From assembly GCA_977030845.1 (NCBI GenBank), contig OZ365111.1:40858001-40922000 (forward strand): 64,000 nucleotides of DNA. Reading direction: 5' to 3'. The notes under the pieces are model-generated. The model worked only from the letters and a program-made list of their open reading frames with translations. It was not told the DNA's origin and searched no databases. Both the position numbers and the translations under genes were made by a program. Positions 48,301 to 60,330 of the stretch are shown piece after piece (within the stretch, counting starts at the first letter, position 1; every line of letters starts with the position of its first letter). This DNA comes from Fimbriosthenelais zetlandica (taxonomy: Eukaryota).

Positions 48301-51300
48301 CGTATACAGACGAGAAGGGCGGGGTGGGGCGGGGCGGGGGGGGGGGGCTTGAAATGTTAAATTCCCAGAACACATGTCTGCAGCCCATTCATTAAAGTGA
48401 CTCATAAATACCGAATAATATAAGAGATTATGTCAATCATGCTTAAAGTGGAAGAGGGTAGAAAACCCAAAATTGCTGATATATATATGAGCGGAGCTCG
48501 TGTGTATTTGTATCAGAACAGGAGTCTGTTGAAAACTGCCATAGGAAAAAAACATGGGCTCGCGGAAGGCAATCTAAGAGCCCGGTTTGGCAATCAGCCT
48601 GCATGGTTGGATCATTATACCTCTAAGCATCTTGTATTCAGCCATGCTGGAGGTGGAATTGGAAGGTGCGGGGCTATTATCTATGTAGAAGGCACACCTC
48701 TATCTGGCTGAACCTGATACATTATGTAGAGACAGTAGAGGCTGTGGACGTCCTAAAATATAGATCCCGAAAGACGTGCCCAGTGGCGCTTTAAAGGACA
48801 CTAAAGACAGGGCAGAGATAGTGATGTTCAAGCTTATTGAAACCTTTGTTAAAAAATCATAGTCATTCTGCTATAGGATTAATGACAAACGAAAAGATTC
48901 AAGCCAACACTTGCAATATTCCATGGCACAGATCACAGACTAGAATTAGCTATAAATTCAGTGGCTGATATTTTGGGAGAGAGATGATGAATTCCATTCA
49001 TATACATGTAGTACATAGCTCATACAGATATATACAGCTGGGATATGGCGCAGCATCATAATTTGCGTCCCTAAAGGGATATGTATTATACTGACACATA
49101 AAGCAAAGGATGAGAGTGGTATTTGTCAAGTTTTGTCATGATCCATTCTGCCTTTTCCCCACAGGAAGAGAACAAAATAAGCCACAAAAAAATAAAAATT
49201 CACTCGTGTGCCAAAATGCGGAGTAACTCAGTAGATTTCCCAAGATAACCCATATAGTAGATTGTGTGTTACGTGCAATGGCCTGAATTCTGAATTGACC
49301 TGCTGTAGGCAATCAATAAACAGTTTGTGCTCATCGCTTCCGATCACTTTCCACACGAGGCTAAAATGTTTTCTGCTCCATGCTGACCCAAGGATTTATT
49401 CTGAGCAAATCTTGATGGATCATTGACCATGAGCGACATGTCCTTAGATGACTTCACGGGGATGTGGGTTTAGGTATGAAGGACTCTAGGCCTGGGGTAT
49501 GAAGCCTGGATGTGGGGCATGAAGCCTGGAAGGGAGAGGGAGGTTAGGAAAGCAGAGGATGGGGAAAGGAAAGTAGGAAAGCAGAGGAAAGGAAGAGAGG
49601 GGGAAAATGCCTTAAAAATTACAAGGGAATTTACAGGAAAAGAGCAAAAATCATCAAAAGGAAGAGCGGGGAGAGTAAGGAAACGGAGGAAGTAAATGAA
49701 AGAGGGATGAGGCTATACCAGAAGGACAAGGACAGTGCACCTCGGAAGAAAAAGCTGGTGCCGCAAGAGAACTAATGGGACCAAGGTCACTTGGTATTAA
49801 AGCCTGCACCATGCCAAGCTACAATCCATTACTACCAGCCCCTGCCATCCTATCTGCTGACAGGCAGGCTGGGTAAAGATGAACAGGCATATCCTGATCT
49901 AAGTTAAACCCACCTTCCTCACCCATACTACCGAACGTGACCAGGCAAGGTGCGGCTCACTATTATAAAGGTCCAAGCACTTCTTAAGAACACCCACGTG
50001 CATCTGACAGACAGCTGTCTGCTTGAGTAGTTGGGAGGCAATAAAAAACAACCCTGTCTGAGGAGTAGGCAGATTCATTGGGAGACAGTCATCCGGCTTA
50101 CTCACGCATTCCCCTCCGCTAATAGCTTCTTGATTGCCTGTGAAAGCATTGGCCAGCCATATACCCAAGCCGTCTTCCAAAGCCATAAATGCTTTCCTTT
50201 GTATAATTCAGCATGTCCACAAAGGGGAATTGCTTCCCAAATCACAGCTCCAGGGGAAGAAGCAAGGGCCGGTATCTCATCCCATCTAAATGACCCGCGA
50301 ATCAGTGGACAATGCGTTTGAGCTGTTCGCTCGTCGTCAAATCCCTTGTAGACAGGACACTCCATCATTCACTTAGTGGAGCCATATGTCTCTGTCTCTT
50401 TCAAGGTGTTTTTCATGCTTGATAAAAATTGAGGGATTAATCAACTGGGGAATATGAAACCCCAAGGTAGTAATTGATCAGGAAAGCATTGGCTGAATAA
50501 TTACTGAGATATCCACGAGTGAAAAGCATTGACAATCATGGAAGTCAGGCCGAAATAATATATATTTATGGTCATCCAGCGGTGCATAACACATAGGGAA
50601 TATTGACCTTGAGGCTATCCGAAAACAGGGGAAATAAGGCCATTGAAAATCACAGCACGCGGAATTAAAGCCACAAAGACAAACAGATGAAAAAATACCC
50701 TTTAAAATGCATTATTTCTGCAAGTACTTAACAGGCATCATGCCAGTGAATACAACCTTCAAGCGACGACAAAATTAGAGATATTAATTTGTTTTTATTC
50801 TACTCGGCATAGAATTATCTGTAAAACAAGACCAAGGACGAAAACTCTTATAAGTACTCTTGCCTTGGTTACAACAATGGCAATACCATGTCCTGAATTG
50901 AAAATGAGATGGATGGCTCCTAACCATGGGGCACTGCCTTGGGCTGCTTTTTCTCTCACTTCACTTCCATCAAAACATGTAGGGGGGAACTTTTGTGTCA
51001 TTCCACGGAGTGTTTATGAGTGACCCACCGTCTAGAGAGTGAGGGTTTATATTCTCCGAGTGGTCGTCATAGATTGTTATCTCAGAGTATCAGAGACGAC
51101 CACCTGAATACAATCCCCGAGTTTATTGCAGAAATTAACCAAGGGGTGATTCGGCAGGCGCTTGCCATTCACATAACAGTTTATTGTAGGTGTTATTTGT
51201 GGCCGGGCAGACAGGGCAATGTTCTATGTGGCACTTAACTTTCAATCCAGATGGTCCATTCAACGTAGAAATCGCAATTTCCAAGCATGAGACTTTGGCA

Positions 51301-53585
51301 TCAAGGACCCATTTAACCACTACTTATGGCAGTTCTTAACGAAGGAAATATGTATTAAATACTCGTAGACTACCGGATAAGGCCATCACTGTGCTGTAAA
51401 GTGTCTTGGATAAACACAATAAGGCTACAGAGAATGGACTCGTATCTATTAGGATTAGACGCTATATCCATTAGCGCAGCGAAGGCATCGTTATGGGACT
51501 GTTCTAGATGGGAATTCCTGCCTCAAAGAGTCCAAGATTTCTTTGAGTCTAAGATAGCAGCAATGGTATATGCCACTGGCATCAGAATCAATCTTTTAGA
51601 CCAGAATGTAAATGAAGGTATTATACATTGGAAGTGATCACCCAATTGCTCAGCACTGCTCTGAAATTGGCTACTACAACAAATACCTATAATGAACGCC
51701 TAATATTCAAACACCATCAGGATATTATGGCAGTCGCTGTCAGAATCATTAATGGGTATTCACTACATAAGGTAGGCCAATATGACACATGGAGTCAGTT
51801 ATCATGGACATTAATATCTTTTAGGGTTCCCAATGAGCACTGAATCCCCGATTTTTGATGTGTCAATCAAGCCAGCAATAATCAGACCCCAAGAGGTAAA
51901 ATAGAGCCATACTAAACTAAATAGCAATTAGGATATCTAATGGCTTCACTGTATGATTCAGCAAAAAAAATCAGTCAAAATACTTCCAGGGTCTGGGATG
52001 GATATTACTTTGCATTTCTATGAATGACAGTGGTATATAGCTGTAGGGGAGAGGGGGTGGGGCAGGTGGGTGGGAGAGATATAGATGGAGTCAGGGACGT
52101 GGGAGTATTTTATCATATTATCGAGACATGGGGAGGTGGGGGGCAGAGGCAGGAGGTCTGACAATGGACACTGAGTGACAGTCAACCGTGGACTGTGCCA
52201 AGGCTCTGCTAGAAATGCAACCCTCCTGGCCTAGACAACCTCAGAGGGCAATGTAAGTTGGTAAGAGGAAGGCTTAATGAATTGCTTTTCCCAGGCTCCA
52301 ACTGTATGAGTGTCACATCAGTGGAGGTGTGTATATATGTGGAGGAACAGCTTCCAAGGATGCAGCTGGTCCAATAGTGGAAAATATGTCGGGTCTGTGA
52401 AAAAGCCATGAAGACTATATATACTTTGTACCCAGCAACACGTCCAGAGGTCCTCCTATATGGCAGACAGACACATAATGCTTTTTTCTACATCAAAGCA
52501 ACCGAGAGCATGCTGAGGGCTATGTTTTATTTCCTAATAACCACGTCCTCCCGGTGAAGGTGGCAATGGATGGTTATTGGGAAAACATAATACATACTTG
52601 ATAAGCCGGGAAAAATGCAACGCCATATAACTGACGGCATACATCAATTTGTAGGTTCCACCGACTATGAATAGATCATGACTGGGACCAGTGAAGGTGT
52701 CAGCGACAACATTAAACCAACATCCTTTATGATATAACTCCGCCGGCCGTCCTTTCTTAGTGGGCCTAATATACTGCCGGACCGTGTTTTATTCACAATC
52801 TACATCTAAGTTAATGGTCCTCCGCAAGCACCAGATTGAGCACAGCTTCTCACAATAACTCGGCCAGCAAACACGGACATCGGAAACGGTATAAAGTTTT
52901 TCGACATGGCATCCATATCTAAGAGGCACAGAGCATCTTTTTTGTTTTGATTCGAGAGTAAATGACAACATACTCTATAGCCTAATAAAAGCTCTGCATG
53001 GAGGATGGATGCACTACTCTAGTCCCAAAAGACAGGAAGAACGAGGTTCCATTTCCATAAATCATCTATCCGTCAGTTTGAAGTATGGTTACCGTTTACC
53101 TTCTCTTTCTATATATATTTCTATACTAGATCTCGGAAGGATATAAGCGTACCGACTGACCTTATTTTGAGTACGTTATCTCTTAGAGATCAGAGACTGC
53201 TTTTCTTGTAAAGATATTTATGAACTGGAATTGGGCCAGTATATAAAGAACCCTAACTCTGGTTCATAAAATCGAGAGCTTCGAAATAAAGAACCTTCGA
53301 TTACACTCGATTCCTGCGAAAATATTGTTGCCCACAAAAAACTACATGTATTTGAGTCATGGCACATGCTCTTGTAAAGAAGACCGATAAATTTTGACCC
53401 GAAAGAAACAGAGCTTTCTTACACTTGTCTAATCCAATACAACACCCCTTCAAATAAATTAGAAGAGATAAACAAGTCAAGTATGCAAATACAAGTATGG
53501 AGGTAGTAGCAATAAAAGAAGCAGAATAATGGAAATGCTATATAATATACATAGTCAAAATGAGAAAAAAAAATGCTCTACTCAC

Positions 53586-53752
53586 ACGAGGTCTGGCCTG
53601 AAATGATGGATGATGGCGCAGAAGGCGAGCCCATTCCTCCAGGAGGTGGTCATATTGGTCACCTTGACCCCTCGGTATCCTTTGGTGACCTCCTTGCACC
53701 ACTCCAGCAGGTCCTGTGTGGGTGTCCGAGCGGGGCGCGGGGCCACTCCAGT
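53586..53752 (-). CDS. EHBP1: EHBP1 exon, N-terminal part of the calponin-homology (CH) domain (phase 0->2)
   Basis: Translates [55 protein letters not shown](V), a typical EHBP1/MICAL-type CH start. Acceptor tttacag|, donor |gtgagt; 167 nt. Confidence 0.97.
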
Positions 53753-56574
53753 CTGTAAACACAATAACGTGTCTAAGCCAAGGTAGCAGATACTACTGCG
53801 GCGAACCATGCTTATAAATCAAACGCCTGATCGATTGATGCACTGGTCAAGGCTGCATAAGTCAGCGGGTAAAAGCACAGGACTGGGCCAGCCAGAGCTG
53901 TGGTGGGGGCACCTATAAACTGAGCATCCGAGAGCACAGGGGAAAGTAAGAAGTATTGGTAAGCATCCTTCGCCATGTATGAATTCCAATACAGACAACC
54001 TAGTCACACCATGTATTTTAATGGCAAGAGCAATTAATACCTAATCGCTCTGGGGAAGAGATGACAAGAATCTGTTATGGTCGTCTGTGTTAAAAGCAAT
54101 GTTTTGCAGCACCTCAAAAAGAAGAAAACACGGTAAATCCACTGGGGAGAAATGGTCCGAGGCAGGCTTTTTCCTCGCCATAGATAAACCTTAGAGAATC
54201 GCGTTCCTTCAGATGGAAGAGTTATTCTGAAGGGTGGATAATGGCAGCAAGGGGAGAGAGAGGACTACATACACATGAATCCCACCAGCTAAAGGTTGAT
54301 GGCATTCCTCAAACACTTGGCATCCAATCTACATTGGCTGGGGCTAGTGGCTGGAGCAGGCAGTCTGGGCTGACTAATGGCACTCTCTCCTCCACTCCGC
54401 AGCGCATCTATCAAATCGCTCCTATGTTCGCAGCCCTATCTCCCGATATTGTATTGATATCCGCTGCCATGAGCTGACAATTCAACATTTGTTCACCGCT
54501 CACTCTCCAGACAGCAAAACACCATTGATACTCAGCTATGAGCTCCGAGACCACCTCTCACTTGCTGGGATGGCTTATCAGTGGCTTATCAGCAGCGATG
54601 GCCTTCCACCCATGGAAAGGACATATATATATGACCAACTGATATGCCTTCAGAGGCTGCACATATTCAGGTGAATCTACAAGTGTGTCATCTATCCATC
54701 CACCTCAGTGATGTGTGTGTCCTTTCGCTTTCACTTCGTAAAGGTAGGGATTGATTAGTTCGGCGGACTGAAAAGTTGTTGATCTCTGAAGATTTTTGTC
54801 ACTGTTTACAGAGGCAATGCTGTGAATCCTTAATGCCACTGAGATAGGATTTCAGTGAAGGTGTTTGGATTAATGGTGCGTGGTGTGAAGAAGTGGTAAT
54901 GATAATGATGATGATGTTTTCAATTCGTCTGATCCCGTCTGGCATTGAATCATGTGCCAACATTGTCTGGCCTTTTCCACTTATTTCCAGTTCTGAATAA
55001 GCCAAGGATTTAATGTATTAGATGAGCGAACTCCTATTTGTCACGCCCCAGATTATTTTCAGCGGCATGATAGCCTTAAAAAAGGTGCATTACCTGACTA
55101 TCCATCAATTGAAGCTTTTCCAAAGCATATAGTGCCAAGGATTCTTCCCCAAATCTGCGCAGAACCCTTTACTATAATTTATAATGTGTAAATACTTTTA
55201 TTTTGAACAAATTTTATACGAGCAATTGTAAAAGGTCTATATTGGTGATATTACGGCAAATGTTTAAAGAGGTGATTTATTTCTCAGAGGCCAAACCTCA
55301 TCTCAACATGGGACTTTTTTTCAGGGATTTTCTTGAATCAGTTACTCGGGCAAACATCCATCAATCTTTATAAGGCCTGACAGGGACAGCATGAAGCGGG
55401 CCAGGTCACAGTTAGTGGGACATAGCTTTACTACACTTGTCAGATAGGGTGGAGCAAGACCACAGAAAGAGTCCATAATATGGGTCGAGAGAGCAACCTC
55501 AGGCACATCTCCATACGATAAGGAAAGGCTAAGCCAATGGCTGCGGGTCAGGACAGTATATATGTGTGTGTGGGCCTTGGACTCTTCAGTCCCCCAAGGA
55601 GATTGGAAGAAGGGAGGAGTGGGATCAATTTTATACTGAATGGGAAGCGACAGGGGGAAGAGGAGGAGAAAAGGGGTTATGTCTTTTTCCCTCTCCAAAC
55701 CGAGGAGACCTGTATGTGTCAGTCAAAGTCAGTGGTGGAGTATGGAACAATCAGTTCTTGATCTCAGAAGACGAGCTGTTCTCTGCCAGCTACTACCAGT
55801 CTGGTCATGCTTTTTATCACCGGAGAACTGAGCTTTATAACATTGGAAAGTCCCTTCAAATTCAATCCCTATAATCTATCCACACACAAAAATGGCGTGC
55901 CAAACCATTCAAGGAGTTATTTTTGGACTTATCTTATAAGCGTTTTAGAACACGTTTCATGGCTAGAGAAAATAAATAATTATTATTATATGTAACATCG
56001 TAGTTACATGCTATTTCCTAATTCATTAGTTACTTCTGACCGATAAACTTACTCTGAGGGAAAACGTAATGAGAATGCAACAGCCCGTTTTCAAGATGGA
56101 AAATATCAAAGAATATTTTTATACTTTCACTCCATCTTATAGGGAAGGTATCTCCCTTGGTAAAAACAGTCTTGTACCCATTGTACGTGAGACCGTTACA
56201 TCATTCGCATGTCTACAGTCCATGAAAAATCCCTTGTTCCTTTGTATTCTTGGACTATGTGCCAGATAATTGCTGAGATCCGTTTCATAATCACCGATGC
56301 AGATGCATTCTGCTTGTCTCCAATGGAGCTCCAACAGCCGTTCCCAATGACAAGAGAACAAAGGGACAAGCTTTTTATCTTCATTCAGGCTAACAAGTAC
56401 CCCCTATTCTTCCTTTTCTTCAGCAAGGGTTTGCTTTCACTCGTTCTGGTTCCCTGAGAACACATTACTGAAAGGTTACATTGCAAACACTGGCAGTCCA
56501 TTTCAAACAGAGACGTCTCCTGAGGTAGCATACAATGCCAGAGGCTCTGCAAGGAATATGCCAGGGATGGAGTG

Positions 56575-56812
56575 GGAAATAGGAAGAGAGGGAAGGAGCA
56601 AGGGAGGGAGAGAGAAATAGGAAGAGAGGAAAGGAACAAGAGAGGGAAGGAGCAAGGGAGGGAGAGAAATAGGAAGAGAGGGAAGGAACAAGGGAGGGAG
56701 AGAGAAATATAGGAAGAGAGGGAAGGAACAAGAGAGGGAAGGAGCAAGAGAGGGAGAGAGAAATAGGAAGATAGGAAAGGAGCAAGGGAGGGATACAGAG
56801 AAAGAGAAAAAG
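56575..56812. repeat. Purine-rich minisatellite (roughly 33-54 bp units, GAAATAGGAAGAGAGGGAAGGAGCAAGGGAGGGAGA)
   Basis: About 5 AAATAGGAAGA-anchored units. Explains the low-complexity ORFs at 56385-56903. Confidence 0.92.
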
Positions 56813-59800
56813 TCAGTGAAAAGAAGAGGGAGAGAAAGGAGTCTTTGGACAAAATCCCACATAGTGGGAAGGATATCATAAAGGGTCTGACAACCTCTGT
56901 CAAGCTCTAACTGGAGCTACTGGCATCAGTCCTACAGTTGGCTTTCTCCTATTAGATTAGCCGTACTGCCGTATGATTATCTAATGATGCGCAAGTCAAT
57001 GATTGCTTGAGACTGAAGGGGGCAATATTGATCAGGCGAGTAGGCAATTTACAAGTAGCACTCATAATACCATGAAAGAACACAGAATTGAGGATTCACC
57101 CTCTAAGTATACATTGAGCCTTCCATTCAATGGCTTCTTTTCACATTGGGATAAGGCAACAGGCTCTTAAATTGCTGTTAGTCATAGACTAGCGCACTTC
57201 TTCCATCTCCATCACTGATATCCTTGTGAAGGGAGGATGGAGTGCGGTGAATATCTTTCTTAATCATTGCTTGGCGTGGAGTTTCTTTTAATCTGTCAAC
57301 GTGTGATTTAAAGATGTTTTAGCATTGATAAGCTGTATGCTGGAGCTTTACAAAGACCACGTGCAGTGAAATATAAAACCGAGAGATGAAACTGTAGACC
57401 TGGCAAATGCACCAGACTCAATCTTCAGACAGTAGACTTACAAATGTTTTATAATGGTCTACATATGTGCACTGCTCGTTATAAATGCAGTCAATATCAC
57501 TCAGGCTCTTTTTTGTCTGTCTCGGCTGGGAATTCTTCATTCTGTAACCGGTGTGTATCGGCGTGCCACAATTTCATTAGCGGCGCGCTTTCTCAGAGGA
57601 CTCCTAGTTGCATTCAAGTCTTAATTGATGACACAAAATATCAGAGTTTTTACCACAGAACGAGAAGATTTCTAATGCAAGGAAACGTTGTAATTACTGG
57701 CTCGAGATCTTTGAGTGTGGACTGTCTATTGTAGTCCTTTGGAGGACAACGGAATAAATTGGATTGGATTTGCAGTAAGTATTAATGGTTGCACATGTCA
57801 GTTGCAACAATGCCAGACTTGAGAGAAAAACATTACATTTTAAATCCGAACTGGCATATATCATGATTGATGATGGCTGTTTTTCATCTCTTTGAAAGAA
57901 ATGCAAAAAGATCATTTCCAAAACTGACGAATCAGGATTTTTTTTTAAATCTGACATGAGACATCACAAGAATCCTGAATGAGCCAATCACTGTATTAAA
58001 CAGAATTAACGATAAAAAGAGACATCATGAAAGGAACTAATAAAATTGTGATTTAGTGATTCAGTGGGTGAAGTAATGATTAGAGGTCCCCTGTCAATCC
58101 GATCAGTCCATATTATCTGGACCTAAAAAGATTTATCTTGTTACGATAGGTGGAAAGGCGTGGTAGTGTGGGAGGTGTGGATGAGTGAGAAGGAGCTGAT
58201 GAAGTGAGGCATCGATCGACCCATGAGCTGCTCATGAAGCTATAGCCTATACAACAACACAGCAAATACTCCTATAGCAATGCAAATGACAGAAGATTAT
58301 GGACTGCTCATTATGATATGTACACCAATTTATCATAGTATCCATTCAATGGATCCTCAACAGTAGAGACAATTCCCTTGTTGCATAACTCCAGTGAGCT
58401 TTCTTAGAAATTTTACGTAGAAAATAAAAATCATAGAGAAAATTCTACGAGCAGTCTAACGAGCGCTCGCTGACTCCTGCTCACATTACTAGTAACGTTG
58501 GAACTAACGATAATTGTAACTCTTAAAGATCTTATCTTTGGTAAAACAGAGTGTGCCAAAGATCAATTCTCAGACCTTCACCTTTCATTAGCACCTTTGG
58601 AGACAGGATGTTCCCCTGTCTATAAGCCAGATCTGGGACAGATATTTCAAAGGAGAAAGGCTACATTGATTGGCAAGAATACTGTAAAGGCAGGAGTCAA
58701 ATTACGAGTGCCAGTGAAGAAGGCTACATCAACTCGTTAAGCAAAGCGTTCAAGTGCTCAGTGTACAACTTCCTTGCAATTAGGCCCTATACTCGGACCA
58801 GGAAGCCTGGGACTTCTTTGTGCTTTGTGTTTTAACAGGAGTTGCCTTTAAAAAGATATGTATGTCGATGACCTTTGAGGACTACACATGGCACAAGTAG
58901 GCACATTGGCTCAAATACTGTGCAGGAAAAATATTCTCAGTGATACAGTATTTTTTCAGGGGTAACAGCATGACTAGATGTATATACTGCTTCTCATCCA
59001 ATTCCTCCTTCCTTGTTTCTCCTAAGAAACAACCATCAAAGCCTTGCTGGGATCCTCCTGGGAGGTGGAGAGCATACAAAACATGACCCTAACACACCTG
59101 GAGAAATCCCACAGCTCATCTCCCGGCCCCGGCGTCCTAAGTGTACCCTCTATCTCAGCAGGCATGCCCCCTTTTGCTTTTATTGCGATAGAAGGCGGTC
59201 CACACCGCTCAGGGTCCCAAATCAGAGGGAATAATTAAAGAAGGTTGGCGGACGTGGGCCGCCTTAGTGTTGAGTGGCACTCCAAACTCGGGCATGGTGA
59301 TGCTGATAGCATTTTGTGAATGTCGCCAATAGCACTAGAAGCACAAAGTGAACGGGCCTCAGGGAGTTTGTCCTCCAACCACCTTTTTGTGAAAGAGGCT
59401 TGGTATAGGGTGAGAGTGGCCCTCACTGGTAGACAGAGACTGAGGTGCTAAAACAGCCAATCAAACTCCATTACGAAAAGATCCATTTCAGATTTCCTCC
59501 TCCCAGCTTCTGGCTATCTTTTGCATGACAAATCTTTCTTCAACGGGGGGCATCTAATTATGCTTCTGGATGCCCCTAGGGGGTAGTAATTCTACATATG
59601 TATCAGTGAAACGACCAGTATTAAATCAAGCTTAGGCAGTTGATTGGATAAAAAATGGGTTTGAAATACAATTTCCTTATACGCACCCTTAATGCAGCAC
59701 AAGATCAAGATAAGATTTACTGCATAATTGGAAGCAGCCCCTATCCAGAAAGGGTTCAGATAGGTGGGCTGCACTTATTGGGACTTGGAGGGGAGGTAAT

Positions 59801-60242
59801 CTAATCCAGTAGAGGAGAATGGGGACGTGATGAGGTCTAAATTCCCTTCTGGATTAACCGAATTACCATTTTTATAATCTCAATAGGGCTAAATTGATTA
59901 TCCACCAAGGGAACGTATAGCTTAATTTTGGATATCGATCTAGCTATATTTCAATCCAGATGGCTACAGTGAGGAGGGGGAGGAAAGATGGGTGAGGGTA
60001 ACAAGATTAAGGGATGTGCATGGGTAGCCAGTTCGGTTTAATGAATCTAAAACACTGGAAGAATGCAAGTAAAGGAGTCCACTGGGATTAGCTATACTAT
60101 TCAAAGAATCCCGAACAGCATGTCTTGTTAACTCTATCAAGGCCTTGTCTTCAAAAGACACTGCACTGAAGGTACCCGATATTATTGAAGTCAAACACCC
60201 TGGTAGCTATCGGGTGACATCCCTTCCTTACATGGGCAAATT

Positions 60243-60330
60243 AACGATAAGAATTTAGTTCTTCACAAATTAACTTGACCTAGTGGAACGATAAGAATTT
60301 AGTTCTTCAAAAAATAACTTAACCTAGTGG
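60243..60330. repeat. 44-bp tandem duplication (2 copies, 3 mismatches)
   Basis: AACGATAAGAATTTAGTTCTTCA...TAACTT(G/A)ACCTAGTGG at 60243-60286 and 60287-60330. Confidence 0.95.

Noticed and set aside
55097-55157. Possible upstream EHBP1 exon reading FGEESLALYALEKLQLMDSQ with CAG|GTAATG
   Set aside because: Peptide is not EHBP1-like and no compatible upstream exon was found.
55400-55460. GLAPPYLT, similar to the C-terminal part of CR1/L2 reverse transcriptase
   Set aside because: Isolated 8 residues; no upstream RT motifs.
58971-58990. Seed-like matches to miR-279 (58971), miR-92 (about 1373) and miR-183/263 (about 42402)
   Set aside because: Only 9-10 nt match and no complementary arm forming a pre-miRNA hairpin.
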